Of a stretch of 32,000 nt of DNA, positions 8,007 through 17,611 are shown piece after piece. Each line of letters begins with the position of its first letter. Position 1 is the first letter of the stretch. Below the pieces are notes generated by a model. That model worked only from the letters and a program-made list of their open reading frames with translations. It made no database searches and was not told the DNA's origin. Source of the stretch: Candidatus Pelagibacter sp. HTCC7211 (GTDB lineage: Bacteria; Pseudomonadota; Alphaproteobacteria; Pelagibacterales; Pelagibacteraceae); assembly GCF_000155895.1 (NCBI RefSeq), contig NZ_DS995298.1, positions 90,001-122,000 on the forward strand, in the 5' to 3' direction. The position numbers and the translations under genes were made by a program.

Positions 8007-8147
8007 ATGAAACGAACATATCAACCATCTAACGTTAAAAGAGCTCGAAAACATGGTTTTAGGTCTAAAATGAAAACTAAAGGTGGACAAAAGCTTTTAG
8101 CTAGAAGAAGAGCAAGAGGAAGAAAATCGTTAACTGTATCAGTTTAA
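8007..8147 (+). CDS. rpmH: 50S ribosomal protein L34
   Basis: Not in the ORF track (46 aa). My translation is [46 protein letters not shown], in the classic position upstream of rnpA. Confidence 0.95.
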   Translation: MKRTYQPSNVKRARKHGFRSKMKTKGGQKLLARRRARGRKSLTVSV

Positions 8148-8151
8148 ATAA

Positions 8152-8493
8152 ATGAAAAGCAAAATACTTGCTCTTTCAAAAAACGAAGAATTCAAAAATC
8201 TACTTAAACAAAAAAAAATTTCTAATAAATTCGTTACAATTTTTTTTGGCACTTTAGAAAATAAAGATAATAAAAAACTTAATATAAGTTTTGTGACAAA
8301 GAAGAAAATAGGCAATGCAGTAAAAAGAAATAAAATCAAAAGAAGATTAAGAAATATAATTAATGATGCAGTTAAAAAAATATCAATAAAATTCAACTAT
8401 TCATATCTTGTTATTGCTAAGTCAACTATGTTAAACAGTGATTACAAAAATATAAAAGAAAGCTTATTTCAAGATTTAGAAAAGATTAAATAA
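8152..8493 (+). CDS. rnpA: RNase P protein component
   Basis: 113 aa and basic. Contains [23 protein letters not shown] (RNR-motif region). Synteny is rpmH-rnpA-yidD-yidC. Confidence 0.88.
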   Translation: MKSKILALSKNEEFKNLLKQKKISNKFVTIFFGTLENKDNKKLNISFVTKKKIGNAVKRNKIKRRLRNIINDAVKKISIKFNYSYLVIAKSTMLNSDYKNIKESLFQDLEKIK

Positions 8494-8744
8494 TGAACAT
8501 TATCACTGTTATTTTTATTAAAATTATAAAAGGTTATAAATTTTTTATCAGTCCTTTATTTGGTCATTCATGCAGATATTTGCCTACATGCTCAGAATAC
8601 AGTATTGAAGCTTTGAAAGAATTTGGATTAGCTAAGGGAACTTTTTTAAGTTTAAAAAGAATTTTATCATGTCACCCAATAAAATTTTTAGGCGGTGGTG
8701 ATGGTTTTGATCCTGTAAAAAAAAATATAAAGGTTAAAAAATAA
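8493..8744 (+). CDS. yidD: Membrane protein insertion efficiency factor YidD
   Basis: 83 aa. Contains [42 protein letters not shown]. It has a TAATG overlap with rnpA. Confidence 0.9.
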   Translation: MNIITVIFIKIIKGYKFFISPLFGHSCRYLPTCSEYSIEALKEFGLAKGTFLSLKRILSCHPIKFLGGGDGFDPVKKNIKVKK

Positions 8745-10420
8745 TGGATACTCGAAATGTTATCGCAGCAATTTCTTTATCAGCAGCAGTAATTATACTG
8801 TATTCACTTTATTTTGCACCACCTCCGATTACTAAAGAACAACTTGCAGAAAAAAATAAAACTGAACAAACTACTGATGCGCCAAGTTTAGATCAAAAAG
8901 AAACTATAACTGAAGTTTCAAGAGAGGAGGCTTTAAGTCAAAGTAAGAGAATTAAATTTGAAAATCAAAGTATAATTGGTTCTATATCTCTTAAAGGTGC
9001 AGCAATCGATGACTTAACCTTTAAAGAATATAATGTAGCATTAGAAAGTGATGAAAAAGTTAAACTATTGTCACCTAGAAGTGCCAAAGATGGATACTTA
9101 ATAGAAAGTGGATTTATAACTACTGATAAAAATATTGATATTCCAAATTCTAATTCAGAGTGGTCTGTATCAGGAAGTAATATATTAACTGATCAATCTC
9201 CTGTAAAATTAACATGGACTAATGATCAAGGGATTACTTTTGAAAAAGAGATATCTCTAGATGATAAGTTTTTATTCACTATTAAACAAAAAGTAATTAA
9301 TTCAACAAATAAAGAGTTTGATTTTTATCCTTATGGTCAAATTATTAGAAAAGAAATTCCTGAAATTTCTAATTTCTATATCCTCCATGAAGGTCTTATT
9401 GCAACTTTAGATGAAGAATTGATTGAAGAGGATTACGACGATATTCAAGAAGAAAAATTTTCAAAAACTTCACAAAAGGGATGGCTTGGAATTTCAGACA
9501 AATTTTGGATAACATCATTAATTCCACCAAATGGAAAAGAATTTAAAACAACTTTTGATTATAAAGATAAATTTCGTGCCAATTTTGTAGGTACAGAGCC
9601 TTTGGAACTAAAAGGAAACTCAAGTATCGAGGATAAATTGCAGGTAATTGTAGCTGCAAAAAGAGTAGATGTTATTGATGGATACGCAGAGTCGTTAAAT
9701 ATTGATAAATTTGATTTAACAATTGATTGGGGTTTTTTATATTTTATTACAAAACCTCTTTTTTACGGAATCGACTATTTCTTTAAATTATTAGGAAATT
9801 ATGGTCTTGCAATTATTGCTATAACAATTTGTATAAGACTGGCATTTTTTCCACTTGCTAACTTCTCATTCAGAAGCATGGCTAAAATGAAAGCACTTCA
9901 GCCAGAGATGGTAAGATTAAAAGATTTACATAAAGAAGATAAAATGAAGCTCCAGCAAGAAATGATGGCACTTTATAAAAAGGAAAAAGTAAATCCTATG
10001 TCTGGATGTTTGCCCATATTGGTGCAGATACCAGTATTTTTTGCTTTATATAAAGTTTTATTTGTGACAATTGAAATGAGACAAATGCCTTTTTATGGCT
10101 GGATACAAGATTTATCTGAGAGAGATCCAACATCTTTATTTAACTTGTTTGGTCTGCTTCCTTATGACGTTCCATCTTTTTTAATGATTGGAGCATGGCC
10201 AATTGCAATGGGTGTTTCTATGTTTATTCAACAAAAATTAAATCCAGCTCCAACAGATCCAATGCAAGCAAAAATATTTATGTTCTTTCCTTTATTCTTA
10301 ACGATAATTTTAGCACCTTTCCCTGCTGGATTGGTAATTTATTGGACGGTTAATAATATTTTAACTATGGCTCAACAAGTTTTCATAATGAAACGAACTA
10401 CAGTCAAAACAGCAACTTAA
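8744..10420 (+). CDS. yidC: Membrane protein insertase YidC
   Basis: 558 aa. It has an N-terminal TM segment, a large periplasmic domain and a C-terminal 5-TM core (MAKMKALQPEM..L...YKKEKVNPMSGCLPILVQIPVFFALY). Confidence 0.93.
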   Translation: MDTRNVIAAISLSAAVIILYSLYFAPPPITKEQLAEKNKTEQTTDAPSLDQKETITEVSREEALSQSKRIKFENQSIIGSISLKGAAIDDLTFKEYNVALESDEKVKLLSPRSAKDGYLIESGFITTDKNIDIPNSNSEWSVSGSNILTDQSPVKLTWTNDQGITFEKEISLDDKFLFTIKQKVINSTNKEFDFYPYGQIIRKEIPEISNFYILHEGLIATLDEELIEEDYDDIQEEKFSKTSQKGWLGISDKFWITSLIPPNGKEFKTTFDYKDKFRANFVGTEPLELKGNSSIEDKLQVIVAAKRVDVIDGYAESLNIDKFDLTIDWGFLYFITKPLFYGIDYFFKLLGNYGLAIIAITICIRLAFFPLANFSFRSMAKMKALQPEMVRLKDLHKEDKMKLQQEMMALYKKEKVNPMSGCLPILVQIPVFFALYKVLFVTIEMRQMPFYGWIQDLSERDPTSLFNLFGLLPYDVPSFLMIGAWPIAMGVSMFIQQKLNPAPTDPMQAKIFMFFPLFLTIILAPFPAGLVIYWTVNNILTMAQQVFIMKRTTVKTAT

Positions 10421-11286
10421 TGTTGGAAATCAAAGAAGAAGAATTAAAAAAAATCCTACCCACTGATGGTCCCTCGATTAATGAGGTTAAAAAATATTTA
10501 AAAAAATATAATGATGAATACATTGTTATTAAATGTGGTGGTAGTGTTTTAGTAGATAACAAATTATTTGATATTTTCATTAAAGATATATCAGTATTGG
10601 ATAAGCTTGGATTTATTCCAATTATTGTCCATGGAGGCGGAAAAAGAATTAGCAATAAACTAAATGAATTAGGAATTAAGAGTAATTTTATAAAAGGATT
10701 GAGAGTTACAGAAAAAGAAACAATTGAAGTAGTAGAACAAGTGTTAATAGAGTTTAACTCTGAAATTATAGAGGCCTTAAAGGAACAACAATGTACTAGT
10801 CAAACTATAAACTCTAGAGAAAATAATATTATGACAGTTGTGCAAGAAAATACTGAGCTAGGATTTGTTGGAACACCAACAGAAATAAATAAGTCGATTA
10901 TTGATAAAATTGTAGATGAAAAAAAAGTTCCTGTTATAGCTCCTTTGGGTCTAGACGAAAATAATCAAGCTTATAATATTAATGCTGATACAGCTGCTGG
11001 ATCAATTGCAAAAAAAATTGAAGCTAGACGTTTAATAATAATGAGTGATGTTGATGGTGTTCTTGATAGTAATAAAAAATTAATCCCTGAAATTAATTCT
11101 CAATCAATTAAAGATTTAATAAATGATGAGGTAGTTACTGGAGGAATGATTCCTAAAATTAATAATTGTTTAGATGTTGCTTGTAACGGTGTTAAAGGTG
11201 TTGTTATTATTGATGGTCGAAAGAACCACTCTATTCTTTTTGAATTATTATCCGACAAAGGTTCAGGAACTTTAATTAGACAATGA
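10420..11286 (+). CDS. argB: Acetylglutamate kinase
   Basis: 288 aa. Contains IVIKCGGS, IIVHGGG, NINADTAAG and GGMIPKI. Confidence 0.92.
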   Translation: MLEIKEEELKKILPTDGPSINEVKKYLKKYNDEYIVIKCGGSVLVDNKLFDIFIKDISVLDKLGFIPIIVHGGGKRISNKLNELGIKSNFIKGLRVTEKETIEVVEQVLIEFNSEIIEALKEQQCTSQTINSRENNIMTVVQENTELGFVGTPTEINKSIIDKIVDEKKVPVIAPLGLDENNQAYNINADTAAGSIAKKIEARRLIIMSDVDGVLDSNKKLIPEINSQSIKDLINDEVVTGGMIPKINNCLDVACNGVKGVVIIDGRKNHSILFELLSDKGSGTLIRQ

Positions 11287-11954
11287 AAGAATTAATAGAC
11301 ATAAAATACTGGATATTTGATCTAGATAACACTCTTTATAGCGGTCAAACGCAGGTTTTCTCTGAAGTAGATAAGAAAATGAGCGCATTTATATCAAAAA
11401 AAATGAATGTGGATTTAGTCAAAGCAAAAGAAATACAAAAAAAATATTTTTATGAATATGGCACAACACTATCAGGATTAATGAAACAGGATGGTATAGA
11501 TCCACATGACTTTTTAGAATTTGTTCATGATATTGACATAAGCTGGTTGCCTAAAGATTTAAAATTACGAGAAGAATTAACAAAAATTAAAGAAAAAAAA
11601 ATTATCTTTACCAATGGTTCACATGCACATGTTGAAAATGTCACCAAGCAATTAGGAATAGATGGCCTATTTGATGGAGCTTTTGATATTGTAGATGCTG
11701 ATTTTACTCCAAAACCTCATTTAGATCCCTATGAAAAATTAATAAAAAAATTTAATATCAATCCAAATCAGTCAATTTTAATTGAGGATATTGCACACAA
11801 TTTAGAACAAGCTAAAAATTTAGGAATGAAAACTTGTTGGTTGGAAAATGAGGAGTCATTTGCAAAAAAAGACTCTGACAAATCTTACATAGATTATAAG
11901 ATTAAGAACTTGCCTTCTTTTTTACAAGAAATTAATATATTAAAGAATAATTAA
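11283..11954 (+). CDS. HAD-superfamily hydrolase, pyrimidine 5'-nucleotidase-like (subfamily IA)
   Basis: 223 aa. HAD motif I is FDLDNTLY, motif II is IFTNGS, and motifs III/IV are KP...EDIAHNL. It has an ATGA overlap with argB. Confidence 0.75.
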   Translation: MKELIDIKYWIFDLDNTLYSGQTQVFSEVDKKMSAFISKKMNVDLVKAKEIQKKYFYEYGTTLSGLMKQDGIDPHDFLEFVHDIDISWLPKDLKLREELTKIKEKKIIFTNGSHAHVENVTKQLGIDGLFDGAFDIVDADFTPKPHLDPYEKLIKKFNINPNQSILIEDIAHNLEQAKNLGMKTCWLENEESFAKKDSDKSYIDYKIKNLPSFLQEINILKNN

Positions 11955-11976
11955 ATTAACTTTCTAAAATTAAAAT

Positions 11977-12807
11977 ATGAGCGATATAGAAAAAATTATA
12001 AATGATGCGTGGGAAAATAGAGATAATGTAAATCAAGATTCTGACCAAAGTTTAAAGGATACTATCAATCAAATGATTGATGATTTAGATAGTGGTAAAG
12101 TTAGGGTCGCAGAAAAAATAGATGGTGAATGGGTCACACATCAACACATTAAAAAAGCTATTATGCTCAGCTTTAGAATATATCCAATGGAAAATTTAAA
12201 TGGACCATACAGTAGTTGGTATGACAAGGCACATTTGTTAAAGGGTAAAACAGCTGGTTGGACAAAAGAGGATCATGAAAAAGCCGGTTTTAGAATGGTA
12301 CCTAATTCTCCTGTAAGAAAAGGTTCGTTTGTAGGAAAAAATGCTGTGCTTATGCCATGCTATGTAAATATTGGAGCTTATATAGATGAAGGTACTATGA
12401 TGGATACTTTTAGTCGTGCTGGTAGTTGTTGCCAAATAGGAAAAAATTGTCATATTTCTGCTGGATCAGGAATTGGGGGTGTCTTGGAACCCGCTCAAGC
12501 ATTACCAACTATAATTGAAGATAATTGTTTTATTGGAGCAATGTCAGAGGTTGTTGAGGGTGTCATTGTTGGAGAAGGATCTGTTTTGAGTATGGGAATG
12601 TATATAGGACAATCAACTAAAATAGTTAATAGAAATACAGGGGAAGTTACTTATGGAAAAATTCCACCATATTCCGTAGTTGTGCCTGGTTCATTGCCTG
12701 ATAAAAATAATTCTTCCGCACCATCGTTATATTGTGCGGTAATAATCAAACAAGTTGATGAAAAGACTAGATCTAAAACTTCTGTTAATGATCTATTAAG
12801 AGAATAG
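11977..12807 (+). CDS. dapD: 2,3,4,5-tetrahydropyridine-2,6-dicarboxylate N-succinyltransferase
   Basis: 276 aa. It has a left-handed beta-helix hexapeptide-repeat region ([32 protein letters not shown]) with a DapD-type N-terminal domain. Confidence 0.9.
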   Translation: MSDIEKIINDAWENRDNVNQDSDQSLKDTINQMIDDLDSGKVRVAEKIDGEWVTHQHIKKAIMLSFRIYPMENLNGPYSSWYDKAHLLKGKTAGWTKEDHEKAGFRMVPNSPVRKGSFVGKNAVLMPCYVNIGAYIDEGTMMDTFSRAGSCCQIGKNCHISAGSGIGGVLEPAQALPTIIEDNCFIGAMSEVVEGVIVGEGSVLSMGMYIGQSTKIVNRNTGEVTYGKIPPYSVVVPGSLPDKNNSSAPSLYCAVIIKQVDEKTRSKTSVNDLLRE

Positions 12808-12814
12808 ATTTATA

Positions 12815-13972
12815 ATGGCCACTATTAACGAACTTCAATTAGCTAAAGAACTAATTAAATTTCCAACTGTAACACCTATTGACGCTGGAATAATGAAATT
12901 CTTAGAAAAAAAACTTAAAACTCTTGGGTTCAAAACAAAAATTTTAGAATTTAAAGAGAAAAACAGTAAGCCTGTAAAAAATCTCTACGCAAGACTGGGA
13001 AATAAAGGGCCTAATTTTTGCTATGCTGGTCATCTTGATGTTGTTCCAGCAGGGAATTTAAAAGATTGGACCGTAAATCCTTTTAAGCCCTCTATAAAAA
13101 AAGGTTTTTTAATCGGAAGAGGCGCGAATGATATGAAAAGTTCTGTTGCTGCTTTTGTTTCAGCGGTAAGCAATTTCATCTCAAAAGAAAGACAATTTAA
13201 TGGCTCTATTAGTCTTTTAATTACTGGTGACGAAGAAGGAGTTGCAATAAATGGTACAAAAAAAGTAGTCAAATATTTAAGAAAGAAAAAAGAAAAGATA
13301 GATTTTTGTTTAGTTGGAGAGCCAACTAACCCAAATAAATTGGGTGAAATGATTAAAATTGGTCGTAGGGGAAGTATGACTGGAAAATTAACAATCATTG
13401 GTATCCAAGGACATGTTGCTTACCCTGACAGAGCAAATAATCCTTCAACGGCATTAATTCAAATACTGAAAGAACTTAAAGAAATTAAATTTGATAATGG
13501 TACAAAAGATTTTCAACCCACAAATCTTGAAATTACCAAAATCAATATAGATAATTTTGCAGATAATGTGATACCAGGATCAGCTAATGCAAAATTTAAT
13601 ATCAGATTTAACAACAAACATTCTTCAAATTCAATTAAAAAGAAAATTGATAAAATTATTAAAAGAATATGTAAAAAAAATAAATCAAAGTTTAATATTG
13701 ATTATAGTGTCTCAGGAGAAGCTTTTCTGACTAAACCAAATGACACTACTTATATGATTAGAGATGAAATTAAAAAAATAACAAAGATTAAACCTAAGTT
13801 ATCTACAACTGGTGGAACTTCTGATGCGAGATTCATTAGAAAAATAGCACCTTGTTTAGAGTTTGGTTTAGTTGGAAAAACTATGCACAAAGTAGATGAA
13901 GCAGTTTCATTGTCAGATTTAAAAAAATTAACATTAATTTATTCTAATATCTTAAAAAACTACTTTAAGTGA
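12815..13972 (+). CDS. dapE: Succinyl-diaminopimelate desuccinylase (M20 peptidase)
   Basis: 385 aa. Contains GHLDVVP, GRGANDMKSS and ITGDEEG. It sits next to dapD. Confidence 0.9.
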   Translation: MATINELQLAKELIKFPTVTPIDAGIMKFLEKKLKTLGFKTKILEFKEKNSKPVKNLYARLGNKGPNFCYAGHLDVVPAGNLKDWTVNPFKPSIKKGFLIGRGANDMKSSVAAFVSAVSNFISKERQFNGSISLLITGDEEGVAINGTKKVVKYLRKKKEKIDFCLVGEPTNPNKLGEMIKIGRRGSMTGKLTIIGIQGHVAYPDRANNPSTALIQILKELKEIKFDNGTKDFQPTNLEITKINIDNFADNVIPGSANAKFNIRFNNKHSSNSIKKKIDKIIKRICKKNKSKFNIDYSVSGEAFLTKPNDTTYMIRDEIKKITKIKPKLSTTGGTSDARFIRKIAPCLEFGLVGKTMHKVDEAVSLSDLKKLTLIYSNILKNYFK

Positions 13973-14898
13973 AAACTGGTTTAGTAACATCAGATACTTA
14001 TCAAAACCATAATACAGGTGAAGGTCATCCTGAAAAAATAGATAGAGTTACTGCAGTAATTGATAACTTTAAAAAGTTAGATAATAAAAATTTAATTTGG
14101 AAAAAACCAACTAACTTTGATCTAGATCTTTTAATAAAAACTCATTCATTGGATTATATAAACCAAGTACAAAAATCTTTTCCACAAAATGGATTTAATT
14201 TTCTTGACGGTGATACAGTTGTTTCACCGGGTAGTAAAGATGCCACTAAAGATGCAGTTGGTTCAATACTTGCTGCAATAGAAGGTGTTCAGAATAAAGA
14301 TTTCAAAAATGCTTTTTGTGCTGTTAGACCACCCGGGCATCATGCTGAAAAAGAAAAAGCAATGGGATTTTGTATTTATAATAATGTTGCTGTAGGTGCA
14401 AATTATCTTATCGAAAAATATAAGTATAATAAAATTGCAATCATTGATTTTGATGTACACCACGGAAATGGAACTCAAGATATTTTTTATGATAATGAAA
14501 AAGTCTTATACATATCAACTCATCAGTATCCTTATTATCCCGGATCAGGATCTGAAAAAGAAAAAGGTAAATATAATAATATTTTCAATATTCCTCTTGA
14601 AGCAGGTACAACAGCTGTTGAATATCTTAATGCGTACGAGCATGTTTTAAATAAACTTAAAGAATTTAAGCCTGAATTTTTGTTATTTTCTGCGGGTTTT
14701 GATGCACATATTGATGATCCTTTGGCTCAATTAAGATTAAGTTCAGAGGATTTTTATACCTTAACAAAAAGAACTTTGGAAATTTCAAAACCATTTTGTA
14801 ACGGAAATGTGGTTTCAATTCTTGAGGGTGGGTATGATTTAAAAGCACTACAAGATAGTACTCAAAGACATGTAGATGCTTTAATAGAATTTAATTGA
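13969..14898 (+). CDS. Histone deacetylase-family (class II-like / AcuC-type) zinc amidohydrolase
   Basis: 309 aa. Contains RPPGHHAEKEKAMGFCIYNNVAV, DFDVHHGNGTQDIFY, the AGFDAH zinc ligands and LEGGY (catalytic Tyr). The GTG start overlaps the dapE stop (GTGA). Confidence 0.88.
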   Translation: MKTGLVTSDTYQNHNTGEGHPEKIDRVTAVIDNFKKLDNKNLIWKKPTNFDLDLLIKTHSLDYINQVQKSFPQNGFNFLDGDTVVSPGSKDATKDAVGSILAAIEGVQNKDFKNAFCAVRPPGHHAEKEKAMGFCIYNNVAVGANYLIEKYKYNKIAIIDFDVHHGNGTQDIFYDNEKVLYISTHQYPYYPGSGSEKEKGKYNNIFNIPLEAGTTAVEYLNAYEHVLNKLKEFKPEFLLFSAGFDAHIDDPLAQLRLSSEDFYTLTKRTLEISKPFCNGNVVSILEGGYDLKALQDSTQRHVDALIEFN

Positions 14899-14928
14899 TA
14901 ATTTTTAATAACTCTCTAAAAAAATGTA

Positions 14929-15420
14929 ATGAAATTGTATAGAATTAAAAAATCTGACATTGATAAAAAAGGTCGAGGCCTTTACGCAACAAAAGATATA
15001 AAAGCTGGAACAAAAATAATTGATTATATCGGAAAACTAATTACTAAAAAAGAAACTGAAGAGTCAGATAAATATGATAATAATAAACCTATTTATTTAT
15101 TCACAATAAATAAAAGATATGATCTTGATGGGGATTTTTCTTGGAACACTGCTGGTTTAATAAATCACTCCTGTGATAATAATTGTGATTATGATGGTAA
15201 AGGACTTAAGATATGGGTTAAGGCCATTAAAGATATTAAAAAAGGTGAAGAATTTACATGTGACTATGGTTTTGGATATGATGAAAATTACAAACAATTT
15301 AAATGCAAATGTAAATCAAAAAATTGTTGTGGCTATATAGTCAGAGCAGAGTCTAGATGGCGAATTAATAAAAAATTTGCAATGAGTAATAAAAAAAAAT
15401 TAATAAATCACTCTCGCTAA
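14929..15420 (+). CDS. SET-domain protein (putative protein-lysine methyltransferase) with post-SET Cys cluster
   Basis: 163 aa. Contains GRGLYATKDIKAGTKI, NHSCDNNC (15163..), GEEFTCDYGF and the post-SET CKCKSKNCCGYI. Confidence 0.88.
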   Translation: MKLYRIKKSDIDKKGRGLYATKDIKAGTKIIDYIGKLITKKETEESDKYDNNKPIYLFTINKRYDLDGDFSWNTAGLINHSCDNNCDYDGKGLKIWVKAIKDIKKGEEFTCDYGFGYDENYKQFKCKCKSKNCCGYIVRAESRWRINKKFAMSNKKKLINHSR

Positions 15421-16140
15421 AAAAAGTCCCTCTGGAGGTGCTGGTGGTGCACATAATACTCTTTTTTTTGATTTAAATATCTTATCAAAAGTTTTCAAAT
15501 CCCATTTTTTTTCACCTAAATATTTTAAACAACCTACCATGGATCTTACCTGTTGTTGTAAAAATGATTGAGATTTAAATTCTATTTCTATTTTATTTTT
15601 AGACGATTTGATTTTGATAGATTTAATAGTCTTAATTGGACTTTTAGCATGACAGCTAGATGCTCTAAAAGTAGAATAATCATTAGTTCCCTCTAGTTTT
15701 TTTGCACCTTTTTTAATTAAACTTAAATCTAAAGTTTTTCTAACATGCCAACCTCTTTTTTTTTCTATTACAGGTTCACTAATTTGATTAAAAATTATGT
15801 ATTTATAAATTCTTTGTTTTGCAGAAAATCTTGAGTGAAATTTATTGCTTCTTTTTTTTATTTTTTTAATTGCAATACCTTTATCATTTAAAAAAAAGTT
15901 AATAGATTTTAAAAATTTTGTTAAATCTTTAATTTCATTTTTACAATCAAAATGAGCAGATTGTTCAATTGCATGAACTCCAGTATCTGTTCTTCCAGAA
16001 CCATTTAAAATTATTTTTTGTTTTAACAGTTTCGTGAGTTTTTCTTGAATTAGACCTTGAATTGTTGCGCCTTTTTTTTGAATTTGCCATCCTCTAAAAT
16101 TTGTACCTACATACTCAATAAGCAGTTGATATCTTATCAT
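15400..16140 (-). CDS. truA: tRNA pseudouridine(38-40) synthase
   Basis: 246 aa. Contains GSGRTDTGVHA with the catalytic Asp. Its 3' end overlaps the convergent SET gene by 21 nt. Confidence 0.92.
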   Translation of the reverse strand: MIRYQLLIEYVGTNFRGWQIQKKGATIQGLIQEKLTKLLKQKIILNGSGRTDTGVHAIEQSAHFDCKNEIKDLTKFLKSINFFLNDKGIAIKKIKKRSNKFHSRFSAKQRIYKYIIFNQISEPVIEKKRGWHVRKTLDLSLIKKGAKKLEGTNDYSTFRASSCHAKSPIKTIKSIKIKSSKNKIEIEFKSQSFLQQQVRSMVGCLKYLGEKKWDLKTFDKIFKSKKRVLCAPPAPPEGLFLARVIY

Positions 16141-17064
16141 TTAGACTTTAGACCCTTTTTTTATTTGAGAACCAAGGATAAATTCACCAATATTTTGAGG
16201 CTTTTTTCCTTGTCTTTGTATTTCGGTAATCTTTATTGATTGATTTTTTCCACATACAATTTCTAGATAATCAGAAATAACTTCTCCTGGATTTCCAATT
16301 CCATTACCAATTTCTGCTTTTAATATCTTATATCTTTCGCCATTATATATAAAAAAAGCACCAGGTGTTGGATACAGACCATTAATTTTGCCAATAATGT
16401 TTTTTGCAGACTCTGTCCAATCAATTTCTCCTTCAGACTTTTGAATTTTTGACGCATAAGTTACTTTTGAATGATCTTGTTCAATAAAAGTAGCCTTATC
16501 ATCTAATATATCATCAATATTATCTAAAATTTTTTCTGCGGCTAATAAAGAAAGTTTCTCTCCAATATCCTGAGCATTTAAATTATTGTCTAAATCTATT
16601 TTATAAGTGTTACATACTGGACCCGTATCAAGCTTCTCTGCTATTTTCATAATACTTACACCAGTTTCTTTGTCTAAGTTCATGATTGATCTTTGTATAG
16701 GAGCTGCACCTCTCCATCTTGGAAGTATTGATGCATGAATATTTATAAAACCTTTTTTAGATAAACTCAGGAATTCTTTTGGTATAATTTGTCCATAAGC
16801 AACAACTACAACAAGATCTGCTTCTATCTTTTTAAAAGACTCATACTCTTCATTGTTATCTTTTAATGATTTTGGTGTTTTAAAATCCAAATTCAAAGTC
16901 TCTGCTATTCCCTGTATTGGTGATTTATTTATTCTTTGTCCTCTTTGAGATTTTTGAGGAGGTTGTGTATATACATTTGAGATAGGGTATCCATTTTGAT
17001 ACAAAGATTTTAAAATTGGTACTGCAAACATTGGGGTGCCCATAAAAACAATCTTTTTAGGCAT
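16141..17064 (-). CDS. fmt: Methionyl-tRNA formyltransferase
   Basis: 307 aa. Contains FMGTPMFAVPIL, NIHASILPRWRGAAPIQRSI and a C-terminal Fmt domain. Synteny is def-fmt-truA. Confidence 0.93.
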   Translation of the reverse strand: MPKKIVFMGTPMFAVPILKSLYQNGYPISNVYTQPPQKSQRGQRINKSPIQGIAETLNLDFKTPKSLKDNNEEYESFKKIEADLVVVVAYGQIIPKEFLSLSKKGFINIHASILPRWRGAAPIQRSIMNLDKETGVSIMKIAEKLDTGPVCNTYKIDLDNNLNAQDIGEKLSLLAAEKILDNIDDILDDKATFIEQDHSKVTYASKIQKSEGEIDWTESAKNIIGKINGLYPTPGAFFIYNGERYKILKAEIGNGIGNPGEVISDYLEIVCGKNQSIKITEIQRQGKKPQNIGEFILGSQIKKGSKV

Positions 17065-17067
17065 TAA

Positions 17068-17586
17068 TTAAAGTACAGCTGTATTTGATTTCAATTTTGA
17101 TAACTTTTTAATTATCATTGATTTTTTTAATTTTGATAAATAGTCAATAAAAAGCACACCCTCTAAATGATCCATTTCGTGTTGTATACAGGTTGCTAGT
17201 AATCCATCTGCTTTTAATAACTGCTTTTTTCCGTGATAATCTAAATATTCTACCTCACATTTACTTGGTCTATCTATTTCTGCAAACTGGTTAGGAACAG
17301 ATAAACATCCTTCTTCATATGTTGATTTTATTGAATCTTTATTTTTAATAACAGGATTTACAAAATACCTTGGTTCTTTTTTCCCTTCTTCTTTACTAAT
17401 ATCCATCACTATTATCCTTTTTGGAACACCAACTTGAATTGCTGCGAGCCCTATACCTGGTGCGTCATACATTGTCTCCAACATATCATCCATTAATATT
17501 TGTTCCTCTTTGCCTACTTGATCAACAGGTTTAGATACCTGTCTTAACAATGGATTAGGCTCGGTTATGATAGTTTTAATAGTCAT
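17068..17586 (-). CDS. def: Peptide deformylase
   Basis: 172 aa. Contains GIGLAAIQVG, EGCLSVP and HEMDHL. Confidence 0.95.
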   Translation of the reverse strand: MTIKTIITEPNPLLRQVSKPVDQVGKEEQILMDDMLETMYDAPGIGLAAIQVGVPKRIIVMDISKEEGKKEPRYFVNPVIKNKDSIKSTYEEGCLSVPNQFAEIDRPSKCEVEYLDYHGKKQLLKADGLLATCIQHEMDHLEGVLFIDYLSKLKKSMIIKKLSKLKSNTAVL

Positions 17587-17611
17587 AAATAGTATTATTT
17601 TATTATAAATT

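Noticed and set aside
8139-8396. 85-aa minus-strand ORF
   Set aside because: It is antisense to rnpA and the end of rpmH. The hydrophobic Leu/Phe-rich product is typical of translating the complement of Lys/Glu-rich AT-rich genes.
10404-13398. Minus-strand ORFs 10404..10655, 12238..12453 and 13030..13398
   Set aside because: Each lies entirely antisense within argB, dapD or dapE, all of which have clear family motifs. They have no recognisable motifs of their own.
14263-14848. ORFs 14263..14478(-), 14396..14650(+) and 14666..14848(-) inside the HDAC gene
   Set aside because: They are alternative-frame or antisense ORFs inside a gene with intact HDAC catalytic motifs. Their Ile/Phe/Lys-rich composition looks like frame noise.
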